This document shows positions 19,945 through 29,879 of a stretch of DNA of 64,000 nt, one piece after another. The translations under genes and the position numbers were made by a program. Under the pieces are notes generated by a model. That model worked only from the letters and a program-made list of their open reading frames with translations, was not told the origin of the DNA and did no database searches. The DNA comes from a bacterium (GTDB lineage Bacteria; Patescibacteriota; Patescibacteriia; Veblenbacterales; UBA10138): NCBI GenBank assembly GCA_020057885.1, contig JAGVEX010000019.1, forward strand, positions 84,045 through 148,044. Reading direction: 5' to 3'. Each line of letters opens with the position of its first letter. Position 1 is the first letter of the stretch.

Positions 19945-20541
19945 GTGATAACAATTATAATTATTGTTGGGGTAATTCCTTGCTGTTTTTTTGTAACCGG
20001 TTTATTTATGACTGGTTTTACAAAAGTAATAGAAACACAACCAAAGCAACGCTGGTGGTTTGATGTACTTGACTTGATTCTATATCCAATTATGAAATTA
20101 TTTTTCCATAATAAACTCACTCACGGATGGCACTGGAAAAAATGGAAGATTGGTGAATTTACCGGTATTGAATCAATATCTATTCGATTAAGTGGCGATA
20201 CATCACTCCCAAAAATCACCAACATATGGCAACAAATTAAAGCAGAGTTTAAGGGGGAGGGCCAGATATTACTTGAGTTGGATAACCGACAAAACCCTCG
20301 ATATCAAAAACATTGGAGATTGGGCTTTTGGAACCCTAAAACTAAATTAGCCAAAATCTGTAATGTAAAAATACCAATCTCATTTCATAAAATTTACCAA
20401 ACCCAAAGTGGTCTGATACGATGTTATATCTGGGGCGATGATGTTGTTTTCTTTGGTGTACATCCTGATGGTCTTCAAGTCCCCATAAAAGTTTATTCTA
20501 GTGTTGATGCCAAGCACTATCTTGAAGTTCCACTACTCTAA
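19945..20541 (+). CDS. Hypothetical membrane-anchored protein
   Basis: 198-aa ORF, GAGG upstream, N-terminal hydrophobic helix. Confidence 0.6.
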   Translation: MITIIIIVGVIPCCFFVTGLFMTGFTKVIETQPKQRWWFDVLDLILYPIMKLFFHNKLTHGWHWKKWKIGEFTGIESISIRLSGDTSLPKITNIWQQIKAEFKGEGQILLELDNRQNPRYQKHWRLGFWNPKTKLAKICNVKIPISFHKIYQTQSGLIRCYIWGDDVVFFGVHPDGLQVPIKVYSSVDAKHYLEVPLL

Positions 20542-20565
20542 AATAATCCAAAAAATATTCTCTGC

Positions 20566-20603
20566 AAAAGCTGTAGTTAAACTCAAGCAAACTACAGCTT
20601 TTT
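20566..20603. terminator. Bidirectional terminator
   Basis: aaaagctgtagtt...aactacagctttt between convergent genes. Confidence 0.65.
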
Positions 20604-20627
20604 ATTATTTACAAAAGATAATTCTCA

Positions 20628-21638
20628 CTAAACTTTCTTTACCTCATTCACAATCTTGCCACTCAAAAACCCCTTGATATTTTCAATGGTGGTATCCAAA
20701 ATTCTTTGCAAAGCTTCTTGACTGTTAAAAGCATTGTGCGGGGTGATTATCACATTAGGGCATTGTAAAAGCACATGGTTTGCGAGCAATGTTTTAAGAT
20801 CGCATTTTTTATGAAACTCGGGCGAAAGAACTTCGCTTTCTTCTTTAATATTAAGTTCTTCTTCTAATACATCGAGTCCAGCACCAGCGAGCGTGCCATC
20901 TTTAAGCGCGGCCACCAAGGCCATAGTATCAATTAAACCGCCACGGGCTGTATTTATCAAAATAGCGCCCTTTTTAACAAGCTTAATATTCTCACTATTT
21001 ATTAAATGGTGAGTTTTTTCATTATAAGGCGCATGCAAAGTTATCACGTCCGACTCTTTCAGTAGGGCATCCAAAGAAACGTAAGAAAATCCTAACAAGC
21101 TGGCTAATTCCTCGTTGGGCTTAGGGTCGAACACCAACACTTCCATATCAAAAGCTTTGGCGATTTTAATTACATGCTGGCCAATGTGCCCGCCGCCGAC
21201 CACGCCCAAAGTTTTGCCTTTAAGATCAAAGCCACGCAATCCTTCGGTGGAAAAATTACCTTTTTGCGTTCGCTCATAAGATTGAAAAATTTTACGCGAT
21301 AAAGCCAAAATCAAGGACCAAGTATGCTCGGCCACGGTATTCTCGCCGTAAAAAGGCACGTTGGATACTTTTATATTCCGCGCGGCGAGAGCGGCTAAAT
21401 CAATATGGTCAAAACCGGTAGAACGCGTAGCCACAAACTCTAAACCGGTTAGTTTTTGAATTACTTCGACTGTTACCGGCGTATAAATAAAGGGCGCCAA
21501 AATTTGCGCGCGACTAAGCCTTTCATAATCCTGCTCCTGCAAAGGCCGGCGCATAAGCACGAGTTTGTGATCGGAAAGTTTATCCTGCAGATAGCCTTCT
21601 TCCCAGCCTTCTAATTCTGTAAAAATAATTTCTGCCAT
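20628..21638 (-). CDS. D-isomer-specific 2-hydroxyacid dehydrogenase (D-lactate dehydrogenase-like)
   Basis: RSTGFDHID, VAEH, GVVGGGHIG, INTARGGLID, ITPHNAF. Confidence 0.9.
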   Translation of the reverse strand: MAEIIFTELEGWEEGYLQDKLSDHKLVLMRRPLQEQDYERLSRAQILAPFIYTPVTVEVIQKLTGLEFVATRSTGFDHIDLAALAARNIKVSNVPFYGENTVAEHTWSLILALSRKIFQSYERTQKGNFSTEGLRGFDLKGKTLGVVGGGHIGQHVIKIAKAFDMEVLVFDPKPNEELASLLGFSYVSLDALLKESDVITLHAPYNEKTHHLINSENIKLVKKGAILINTARGGLIDTMALVAALKDGTLAGAGLDVLEEELNIKEESEVLSPEFHKKCDLKTLLANHVLLQCPNVIITPHNAFNSQEALQRILDTTIENIKGFLSGKIVNEVKKV

Positions 21639-21639
21639 A

Positions 21640-22425
21640 TTAATTTAAGTGTACCTTTTCTAAGGTAATTTTACGACCCAACCATTTTTCCGCAATGGTT
21701 TGAAAGTTGGGCGTGAGATCGGAAACATAAAAATGACTATCGCCTCTTTTAAGCTCTTTATCTATCTCTGGATGTTTAACCAGCCAATTGGCCACTGTTT
21801 GGGCTGTTTCACAAGCAGGATCAATTATCTTAATACGCTTGCCGACTTTGGCAGTTATTAATTTTTTAAGCAAAGGGTAGTGCGTACAGGCTAAAACCAA
21901 AGTATCCACTTGCGCTCGCTTAAACGGCGCCAGATAACTTTTAACTATGCGTTTAGTTTCCGGTTTATCCAGCCAACCCTCTTCTACTAATGGCACCAAC
22001 AAAGGAGCGGTGTGAGCTGTAACTTTAAATTTACCGCCGCCGTTAAGAAGTTTTTGATAAATACCGCTGTTCACTAGGGCCCGAGTGCCCATTACCCCAA
22101 CGTGCTGTGCTTTATTCTGGCTATTTACAGCGCTAATAGCCGGCGCAACTACATCAAACACTGGCACGCTCGGATAAGCTTTTTTAATTGCCTCCATACC
22201 AACAGCAGAAACTGTATTGCAAGCCACTACTAAAACTTTCGCGCCCTTATCTATTAAAAATTTGGCTGCCTGCAGACCATACTCAGCCACTACTTCAGCG
22301 CTTTTGTTACCATAAGGCGTGCGGGCAGTATCACCAAAATAAATAAGTGCGTGCTGAGGCAATCGCTTAATAACCTCGCGCACAACAGTTAATCCGCCAA
22401 TACCTGAATCGAATAAACCAATCAT
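21640..22425 (-). CDS. murI: Glutamate racemase
   Basis: FDSGIGGLTV, VVACNT, LACTHYP. Confidence 0.96.
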   Translation of the reverse strand: MIGLFDSGIGGLTVVREVIKRLPQHALIYFGDTARTPYGNKSAEVVAEYGLQAAKFLIDKGAKVLVVACNTVSAVGMEAIKKAYPSVPVFDVVAPAISAVNSQNKAQHVGVMGTRALVNSGIYQKLLNGGGKFKVTAHTAPLLVPLVEEGWLDKPETKRIVKSYLAPFKRAQVDTLVLACTHYPLLKKLITAKVGKRIKIIDPACETAQTVANWLVKHPEIDKELKRGDSHFYVSDLTPNFQTIAEKWLGRKITLEKVHLN

Positions 22426-23753
22426 AAATTATTTTTTTGAATTAATTTTATGACTTCTGCGTGCTTGCTTTGCAAAAGTTCCGGCGTATTGGCCTCAACT
22501 GTAATTCTTATTAAAGGTTCGGTATTAGAAGGACGCACATTGCACCACCAATCTTTATAACTTACGGTTACGCCATCAAGCTCGTCAATTTTGGCATCGG
22601 CATAAGTTGTTTTAATAAGCTCAAGTACTTTATCTTTATCTCTAACTTCCAAATTGAATTCGGGGGCTTTGGCATAAGGTGAAAATTCCGCCACTAACTC
22701 AGAAAGTTTTTTATTTTCGCGCGATAAAAGTTCCAATATAAGTAAAGCGGCAATAAAACCAGAATCGGCGTAATAATTATCACGAAATGAATAATGCGCG
22801 GAAAGCTCACCACCCATAACTGCTTGGTTTTCTATTAATCCCTGACGCACATTAACATAACCAACTGCTGTGCGCACAGGCTGGCCACCCCATTTTTTAA
22901 CAAACTCCGGCACAGCCTTAGAACAAATTAAATTATAAACAATTGCGGCCGCTGGTTCGCGCTGTAAAAACTCCTTAGCTAATAGAAGCAAGGTTACATC
23001 CGCCGGTACAAATTTCCCCTCGTCATCCACCAAAAATACCCTGTCGGTATCGCCATCGAAAATTATACCTAAATCAGCTTTTTGCTCTTTAACTTTTTCA
23101 CTTAAAGCATCAGTCGCACCAGCTATAAGTGGATTAGAAGGGTGATTAGGAAAAGAGCCGTCTAATTCAAAAAAAAGTGGTGATAGCTGAAAGGGCAAAC
23201 CGCCAAACAAACGGGGTATTACCAACCCGGCCATCCCATTGCCAGCATCTATTACCACTTTAAGAGGTTTAAAACTATTTTTATCCACAAAGGAAAGTAA
23301 ATGTTCTATAAAATCAGGCCAAACATCTCTCTGTCCAAAAGCGCCTTTAGTAGCTGCTTTCTTATTTTTTTTAATTAGATCTTCAATTTCATATCCGCGT
23401 ACAAACTTCACGCCCTTAGTGACTATTTTAAAGCCATTATACTCCGACGGATTATGTGAAGCTGTTACCATTACGCCAGCATCGTAATTAAACTTGCCCA
23501 CTGCAAAATACATAGCATCAATTGATACCATTTCAATATCATCAACCGAGGCGCCACCCTGCAAAATACCATCAATCAAAGCCTGGTGCAGACTAGGTGA
23601 AGAAAGCCGCATATCGCGCCCTACAACTACCTTGCCACCATTTGCTAAGTTGGCCACTGCTAAACCAATCGCTTGCGCCGCCTCCTCATTTAAATCAGTG
23701 GGGTATATACCACGTACATCGTAAGCTTTAAAAATTTTATCAGAAAAAGGCAC
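22422..23753 (-). CDS. manB: Phosphomannomutase/phosphoglucomutase
   Basis: FKAYDVRG, TASHNP, FDGDTDR, GGELSAH, VRPSNTEP. Confidence 0.92.
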   Translation of the reverse strand: MPFSDKIFKAYDVRGIYPTDLNEEAAQAIGLAVANLANGGKVVVGRDMRLSSPSLHQALIDGILQGGASVDDIEMVSIDAMYFAVGKFNYDAGVMVTASHNPSEYNGFKIVTKGVKFVRGYEIEDLIKKNKKAATKGAFGQRDVWPDFIEHLLSFVDKNSFKPLKVVIDAGNGMAGLVIPRLFGGLPFQLSPLFFELDGSFPNHPSNPLIAGATDALSEKVKEQKADLGIIFDGDTDRVFLVDDEGKFVPADVTLLLLAKEFLQREPAAAIVYNLICSKAVPEFVKKWGGQPVRTAVGYVNVRQGLIENQAVMGGELSAHYSFRDNYYADSGFIAALLILELLSRENKKLSELVAEFSPYAKAPEFNLEVRDKDKVLELIKTTYADAKIDELDGVTVSYKDWWCNVRPSNTEPLIRITVEANTPELLQSKHAEVIKLIQKNNL

Positions 23754-23757
23754 AAAT

Positions 23758-24885
23758 TTATTTAAATATAACTAAATTTTTTCGCTGTACGCGCAATACT
23801 GCCCCCCAAGCCAAAAGTGTACCTGCTAAAATCACCAATCCTCCTACCCAAGGTAAACCCGCTAACAAACGATACATAAAAATACCAATCAACACTATTA
23901 CTAAATTTGACCATTTATCCATTACTCCTTTAATTTTGGATTTTAAGAGTAATCCTATGGCAGCGCCAGCTATTACTTGTGCTACCAAACAACTAATAAA
24001 ATATAAACCCACTACAACCAAAGCCAAAGGAATGCCAATAAGTGTAAATAATAAAATAATACATATTATAGGTACAGCCACTCCCCAGATTGCGCCCCAA
24101 CCCAAACTTGGCCAAGTGTGAGTTAAAATTTCCTGCCCCGTCTCCATTATCTGACGCGACCACAAACTCATTAGCACCATACCAAGAACCAAAGCACCAA
24201 ATAACGATATCAACCAACCCCACCACCAACCATGCTCAACTGCATTCTTGTTCCACTCCTTAAACACTGGCGCTTGAGCTAATTTAGCGCCTTGTTCAAT
24301 TTGTGCCTGCGTATTGCCATGATAAACCAGCTGACTCTCTAGCACGGCTGTTTTTGATATATTCAAAATGCCATTATGCTCCAGCCAAACATCAACCGCG
24401 CCTTTCACATTACCGGTTATTTTTACATTACTCGCTCCAACTAAAACATCACCCTCCACCAGCCCGTTAACTTCCAAAGTACCAGCCCCGGCTGTTATAT
24501 GCCCCTGTATTTGTGAGGAAGGCAAAATAATTAATTTACCCGCGCCAATCATAACATTATGCCCAACTGGTCCTGCTATTTCTACATTACCGCCCAAAAT
24601 TCTAACATTGCCACTCACTGGACCTATAATACGAACATTACCGCCCAAAGCCAAAACATCGCCACCAACTTCACCAGACACTAAAACATTTCCTCCGGCC
24701 ACCACCAAATCACTCTCCACTCGCCCGTTAATCTCTACAGTTTGACCAACAGTATAATAATTGCCGCTAATCACCTTATCGGTTGGCAAATTGACATTAT
24801 CTTCTGCGTTGGAGGCAAGCACAGGCAAAACTAAAGCAAAAACAGATATAACACCTGCTATAATGACGATTTTTGAATGCTTCAT
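23758..24885 (-). CDS. Membrane protein with Gly/Val-rich beta-helix (bactofilin/polymer-forming-like) repeats
   Basis: Signal peptide, repeated GxVxGDVxxxGG units, C-terminal TM bundle. Confidence 0.7.
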   Translation of the reverse strand: MKHSKIVIIAGVISVFALVLPVLASNAEDNVNLPTDKVISGNYYTVGQTVEINGRVESDLVVAGGNVLVSGEVGGDVLALGGNVRIIGPVSGNVRILGGNVEIAGPVGHNVMIGAGKLIILPSSQIQGHITAGAGTLEVNGLVEGDVLVGASNVKITGNVKGAVDVWLEHNGILNISKTAVLESQLVYHGNTQAQIEQGAKLAQAPVFKEWNKNAVEHGWWWGWLISLFGALVLGMVLMSLWSRQIMETGQEILTHTWPSLGWGAIWGVAVPIICIILLFTLIGIPLALVVVGLYFISCLVAQVIAGAAIGLLLKSKIKGVMDKWSNLVIVLIGIFMYRLLAGLPWVGGLVILAGTLLAWGAVLRVQRKNLVIFK

Positions 24886-24989
24886 ATTAAATTAATTAAT
24901 GACATAACGTAATATTATTATAACTTTTTTTACTCAAAATAAAAAGCCCCACTAGTCTTACCAGTAGGGCTAAATTACTCTGTTCCTAA

Positions 24990-25289
24990 TTAATGTTGCG
25001 TTCCAATGCGGAACATTCCTGGGTTATTAGCCTCAAAAAGTCTTCGTCTCTGCTGTTGTGTACGTCGCATATGGGAGATATTAACAATGCTATTGGACAC
25101 CTGAGTCTTTATTTCTTCACGCTCTACAAAGGAAAGCTCAGCTACTTCCTCACATTTTTCAACCTCTTGTAGAGACTTAAACGCATATATTTCGTCACCA
25201 GACTTAAAGTCTTTCGTAATTTGTTGAATAAATTCGCTGTTTCCTTTACCCACGATTTTATTTAGCTGATTCAATGTTTTTATTTTCAT
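24990..25289 (-). CDS. Hypothetical protein
   Basis: 99-aa ORF followed by a hairpin at about 24945-24970. Confidence 0.5.
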   Translation of the reverse strand: MKIKTLNQLNKIVGKGNSEFIQQITKDFKSGDEIYAFKSLQEVEKCEEVAELSFVEREEIKTQVSNSIVNISHMRRTQQQRRRLFEANNPGMFRIGTQH

Positions 25290-25386
25290 AATATACTCTC
25301 TTTTTTTTTATTTTTATTTCGCACCAACGTCCAAGGCTCGGTGCCGCCTTATTTTTTCTAATTATCACTGCTATTAATATTCTTAC

Positions 25387-25860
25387 CTAGCCGTGACCAC
25401 CACCATCACTAAAACTGTAGCCGCCCTCTCTAGGATACACTGAGAGTAAATATATATGGTCACAATCCAACGTGGAACAAATAGCTATGGTTATACATTT
25501 ACTTGCATTGTCCTTTGCTCTTTCTGGGGTTGAGTACATTGCTTCGTTGCCTGTAGCGCCGTCACTTCCTAAATAAACTTTCATGCGAAACATCGGCTTA
25601 CAACAATGATTTTCTTTTGAACCCCAATTCATGTACCACCCCGCGTAGTCAACGCATATCACAGCTCGTTTTTCCATGCCAGCCATTTTTTTAGCGAACT
25701 CTTTTGCTAAACCTTCCTTCTTCTGAATCAAATCTGACGATGGCGCCTTTGAGCTCCACCTAAGAAACCTTAACATTGCAACCCACACTCCTGCTGCTAC
25801 GATGACGAATAAAATAACTATTGGTAACATCATTCCTATTGCGTTCATGGTTACTTTCAC
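25387..25860 (-). CDS. Hypothetical membrane-anchored protein
   Basis: 157-aa ORF with N-terminal TM helix. Confidence 0.55.
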   Translation of the reverse strand: MKVTMNAIGMMLPIVILFVIVAAGVWVAMLRFLRWSSKAPSSDLIQKKEGLAKEFAKKMAGMEKRAVICVDYAGWYMNWGSKENHCCKPMFRMKVYLGSDGATGNEAMYSTPERAKDNASKCITIAICSTLDCDHIYLLSVYPREGGYSFSDGGGHG

Positions 25861-25897
25861 CTTTCTTTTTTATATTATTAATATGTTTTGAATTGTT

Positions 25898-26081
25898 AAA
25901 GAACAAAAACCCTTCTCGCGTTGAGAGGGGTTAGGGGTACTGAAAGCTTCGCTTTCACCCCGATGTCTATCGGGGTGGTTGCTAAAGCAACCAAAATTTA
26001 AAACAGCACCACTCACCGCTCTCTGCGAGCGCTAATGGCATGATGAGTTAAAACTGCGTTAGAAATTAAAATTAAATTCAT
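25898..26081 (-). promoter_or_regulatory. Putative His-type attenuator: leader peptide 26013-26081 and terminator 25908-25932
   Basis: Leader MNLILISNAVLTHHAISARRER*; leader 3' end GAGAGCGG can pair with the terminator 5' arm CCCTCTC; terminator followed by T-run. Confidence 0.55.
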
Positions 26082-26110
26082 AAAATTACTTAAATTATAC
26101 CTTTTTTTCT

Positions 26111-26138
26111 TGTATCAATGTGTTAACACATTGATACA
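26111..26138. promoter_or_regulatory. Putative operator of the TrpR-like repressor
   Basis: Perfect 28-bp palindrome TGTATCAATGTGTTAACACATTGATACA. Confidence 0.6.
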
Positions 26139-26176
26139 TATCATTATAGATCTAAACTACTAAGAATAAACAATAA

Positions 26177-26473
26177 TTATTTAAAACCTAAACGGGTTAA
26201 TACCAAACGGTAACCTCCCATACCCTGCCTTAACCAATGGGCCACACGCGCTACAGTAGTAGTGCTCATTCCCAAACGTCCCGCAATATCACGATAATCT
26301 AAGTCTCGCGATAGCATTTTAGCCACTTGAAGCCTATCAGCCATGTCCACTATTTCCTCTGGCGTGCAAAGATCCCTAAAAAATTTACGGCACTCGTCTG
26401 TTGTTTTAATCTTTAAAATAGCCTCAAATAGCTCGTTGGCCTCTTGTCTATCCCATTTCTTAGCACGTTTCAT
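26177..26473 (-). CDS. YerC/YecD family TrpR-like repressor (HisR-like)
   Basis: LFEAILKI..ECRKFFRDLCT..E..MADRLQVAKML..YRDIA...STTTVARVA..L..G.GGY. Confidence 0.9.
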   Translation of the reverse strand: MKRAKKWDRQEANELFEAILKIKTTDECRKFFRDLCTPEEIVDMADRLQVAKMLSRDLDYRDIAGRLGMSTTTVARVAHWLRQGMGGYRLVLTRLGFK

Positions 26474-26495
26474 AAAATAATATATTACTTCCTTT

Positions 26496-26523
26496 TGTAT
26501 TAATGTATTAACACGTTAACACA
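26496..26523. promoter_or_regulatory. Putative autoregulatory operator
   Basis: 23/28 match to the 26111-26138 palindrome, immediately upstream of the repressor gene. Confidence 0.55.
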
Positions 26524-26609
26524 GGGTTAAAATAATGTCAAATAAAAATTGTGGATAACTTACTAACCAATGGACAAAGGCTTAAAATATCGCTAATATA
26601 AAAGACGCT

Positions 26610-27902
26610 ATGTTAAACTATCTCTCTCAAACAGATTCTGAAATAGAGGCTTGGATAAAGCATGAACTTGAACGCCAACGCCATGGCTTAGAAATGATCC
26701 CTTCGGAAAATTTTACTTCACTCGCGGTAATGGAAGCTCTGGGCTCAATTTTGACTAACAAATACTCCGAGGGTTACCCCGGTAAACGTTACTATGGTGG
26801 CAATGAGTTTATAGATGAGATAGAAAACTTAACGCGTGAACGAGCTAAAAAACTTTTTGGTGTGGAACATGCTAATGTACAACCCTATTCCGGTTCACCT
26901 GCTAATCAAGCAGTATATTTTGCCCTACTTAATCCTGGCGACACTGTGCTCGGTATGGAACTAGCGCAAGGCGGACATTTAACGCACGGTTACAAATTAA
27001 ACTTTTCTGGTAAATATTATAAAGCGGTGAGTTATGGTGTTGATTCTAAAACGCATTTGCTTAACTACGAAGCTATTAGAGAAATTGCTCTTAAAGAAAA
27101 ACCTAAACTTATTATTTGCGGGGCCACGGCTTATCCACGAACAATTGATTTTGCCGCCTTCCGTAAAATAGCTGATGAAGTAAAAGCTTATCTCTTGGCA
27201 GACATTTCGCATATTTCCGGTTTAATAATTGCTGGCGTGCATCCCTCACCAGTGCCTTACGCTGATGTTGTTATGACCACAACCCACAAAACTCTGCGCG
27301 GACCAAGAGGCGCTATGATTTTAGTACCAAAAGTAATTGACCGCTGGCATGAAATTTATCATCCGACCAGCAAGCGCAACCTAGCGGAACTTATTGACGC
27401 GGCCATTATACCTGGCTTGCAAGGTGGACCGCACAATCACCAAACTGCTGCCATTGCCGTGGCCTTAAAAGAAGCAGCTACAGTTGAATTCAAAACTTAT
27501 GGACAACAAATTGTAAAAAATGCCAAAACTTTAGCAGAGACTCTAGTTAAAAAGGGTTTTACTTTAATAACTTCTGGCACCGACAATCATTTAATACTAA
27601 TTGACCTCACAACACAAAATATAACCGGCCAGCAGGCACAAGTGTTGCTTGATAGTGTTGGCATCACTGTTAATAAAAACTTAGTTCCTTATGACACGCG
27701 CACACCACTCGATCCTTCTGGTATTCGTTTAGGCACACCAGCACTCACCAGCCGCGGTTTTAGAGAAGAAGATATGTTAATAGTAGGAGAAATTATTGCT
27801 GCCGTACTTTCTAATCCGCAAAATGAAACAATATTGGCACAAGCCAGACAAAAAGTTAAAGAGCTCACAGATAAATATCCCCTATATCCAGAACTCAATT
27901 GA
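26610..27902 (+). CDS. glyA: Serine hydroxymethyltransferase
   Basis: PSENF, NKYSEGYPGKRYYGG, TTTHKTLRGPRG, SGIRLGTPA. Confidence 0.98.
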   Translation: MLNYLSQTDSEIEAWIKHELERQRHGLEMIPSENFTSLAVMEALGSILTNKYSEGYPGKRYYGGNEFIDEIENLTRERAKKLFGVEHANVQPYSGSPANQAVYFALLNPGDTVLGMELAQGGHLTHGYKLNFSGKYYKAVSYGVDSKTHLLNYEAIREIALKEKPKLIICGATAYPRTIDFAAFRKIADEVKAYLLADISHISGLIIAGVHPSPVPYADVVMTTTHKTLRGPRGAMILVPKVIDRWHEIYHPTSKRNLAELIDAAIIPGLQGGPHNHQTAAIAVALKEAATVEFKTYGQQIVKNAKTLAETLVKKGFTLITSGTDNHLILIDLTTQNITGQQAQVLLDSVGITVNKNLVPYDTRTPLDPSGIRLGTPALTSRGFREEDMLIVGEIIAAVLSNPQNETILAQARQKVKELTDKYPLYPELN

Positions 27903-27907
27903 TTTTT

Positions 27908-28729
27908 ATGATTACGTTTCTCAAGGGTAAAGAACTAGCCGCTAGTCTACGTCAAGAACTGGCTGACAAAGTTAAAGAACTTAACTTCACCCCCAAGCTC
28001 GGGGTGATTTTGGTTGGCAGTGATCCAGCTTCACAGCTTTATGTTGATTTAAAAGAAAAGGCGGCGGCTGAAGTTGGTATAAAAGTGGATAAAAAATTAT
28101 TTCCCAAAAATATAGACGAAGCTTCTGTTATAAATCAAATTACCGAATTTAATAACAGAAAAGATATTAATGCTATCCTAATTCAATTGCCTCTGCCACC
28201 GCAACTAAATGAGCAAACTATAATTGAAACTATGGATTTTAAAAAAGACGCTGATGGTTTTCATCCTCAAAATCTCCAGGCTTTTTTAGAAAATAAAAAA
28301 TCTATTACTCCGGGAGTAAGCCAAGGAATTATTAAACTTGTTGAATTAGCTCAGCAAAACCTGGCTGGGAAAAAGGCTGTTTTATTAGTTAACAGCCAAG
28401 AATTTGCCGCTCCTTTAATAAAGTTATTAAATCAACTAAAAATGGAAGTTGAGGTTATAACACAATTAGAACCAACTGTATTACTTGGGGCAGATGTTAT
28501 TGTTGTGGCTATTGGCAGGCCTCACACCATCAAAAGTGAACATATAAAAAATGGCGCCATTGTAATAGATGTGGGCACCACTAAATTAGGAAATCGTATT
28601 GTAGGAGATGTAGATACTAGTGGGCTTGATGTAAAAAATATATTTATCACGCCAGTGCCTGGCGGAGTTGGGCCAATGACTGTGGCCATGCTTTTATGGA
28701 ACGTATATTATTTGGCTACTCAAAAATAA
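27908..28729 (+). CDS. folD: Bifunctional methylene-THF dehydrogenase/cyclohydrolase
   Basis: ILIQLPLP, KDADGFHP, VIDVG, TPVPGGVGPMTVAML. Confidence 0.95.
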   Translation: MITFLKGKELAASLRQELADKVKELNFTPKLGVILVGSDPASQLYVDLKEKAAAEVGIKVDKKLFPKNIDEASVINQITEFNNRKDINAILIQLPLPPQLNEQTIIETMDFKKDADGFHPQNLQAFLENKKSITPGVSQGIIKLVELAQQNLAGKKAVLLVNSQEFAAPLIKLLNQLKMEVEVITQLEPTVLLGADVIVVAIGRPHTIKSEHIKNGAIVIDVGTTKLGNRIVGDVDTSGLDVKNIFITPVPGGVGPMTVAMLLWNVYYLATQK

Positions 28730-28834
28730 ACAACCATCAAAGATTATTTTTATAAGGCGGGCGGAGATAATTAGGGTTGTTTTTTAATGACTTAGCAGCT
28801 CCTTTTGTGGCGCTATATTTTGTATAAACTAAAA

Positions 28835-29203
28835 TCACAATTTTAAAATTTTACGTGTTGTTTTAATATCGCGTTCAATAAGTTTAACTAAATCGACAGG
28901 ATTAGTAATTTTAACCAACTCACGAATTTTATCAACTACTTCAACGCTAAGTTTTTGACCATACAAATCACTACTAAAATCAAGTAAATATACTTCCTCA
29001 CTCAAATCACCGTTTGTTTCTAACCAAGCTCCAGAAATTAAAATACCAGGCACTTTTTTATTATTTTCCAATTGTGTCCAACAGGCGTAAACCCCTGCTG
29101 GTGGCTCAAAACTATTATCTAATAATTTAAGATTAGCCGTAGGATAACCAATTTTACGTCCCTCGCCTTTACCAATTACTACCAAACCAACTAATTTAGA
29201 CAT
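28835..29203 (-). CDS. Riboflavin kinase (stand-alone domain)
   Basis: GRKIGYPTAN, GVYA, EVYLLDF..DLYG. Confidence 0.88.
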   Translation of the reverse strand: MSKLVGLVVIGKGEGRKIGYPTANLKLLDNSFEPPAGVYACWTQLENNKKVPGILISGAWLETNGDLSEEVYLLDFSSDLYGQKLSVEVVDKIRELVKITNPVDLVKLIERDIKTTRKILKL

Positions 29204-29774
29204 GACGTCTAATACTTAAATCATATCTAATGTCTTCCAAGCGCCTTAAATGCTGTTTGGCTTGATCAAATTTAGTGCGCAAAATTCCTGTTAAATTCAT
29301 CGCCGCCAATTCACCTACCACCATTGTTCCTACTTCCACTAATTTATCCACTTCTTTAATTTTACCAGCTGTAGCCAATTTAATGGCATAACGCACCAAC
29401 TCGCCAACCATATCCGATAAACCACCCAAATAAACTTCGGGGGTAATATTAAATTTACCTACTTTGTCCAATTTACCTGTTTGCAAAAATTTGGTAAAAA
29501 GTTCAGCCTCTACATATTCCTCCAAAGCCGCACGATAACTGCCAAGCGATTCTAACTCCTTCACTTTGCGCGTTAATAATTGACCTTGTGTTAGCAAGCT
29601 ATTGGCCTCAGCCAACAATTTATCCGCCTCTGGTAAATTATCCCTTTGGGCGGCAAAAATAGCCTGCTTGGCCAAATGCTGAGCTTGGCTGGAAAGTTCG
29701 GCTAATTTTCTGCGGCCAGTGGTTTGGGTTTGGTATTGTTTTTTGAGTTGTTGTAGATATGATGTAATAAGCAT
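29196..29774 (-). CDS. Translin/Trax family protein
   Basis: All-helical; ALEEYVEA and YLGGLSDMVGELVR motifs. Confidence 0.75.
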   Translation of the reverse strand: MLITSYLQQLKKQYQTQTTGRRKLAELSSQAQHLAKQAIFAAQRDNLPEADKLLAEANSLLTQGQLLTRKVKELESLGSYRAALEEYVEAELFTKFLQTGKLDKVGKFNITPEVYLGGLSDMVGELVRYAIKLATAGKIKEVDKLVEVGTMVVGELAAMNLTGILRTKFDQAKQHLRRLEDIRYDLSIRRHV

Positions 29775-29879
29775 ATTTTAACTATAACTTGCCCTAGCAA
29801 CTAGAGCAATGCCCCCTAAGATGGGGTGGTTAATTTATTGTCTAAGTTAAAAACTAGCGGTATAATATAACTATCATTT

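Noticed and set aside
26550-26558. DnaA box (TGTGGATAA) as a sign of a replication origin
   Set aside because: Single box, no cluster and no dnaA/dnaN nearby
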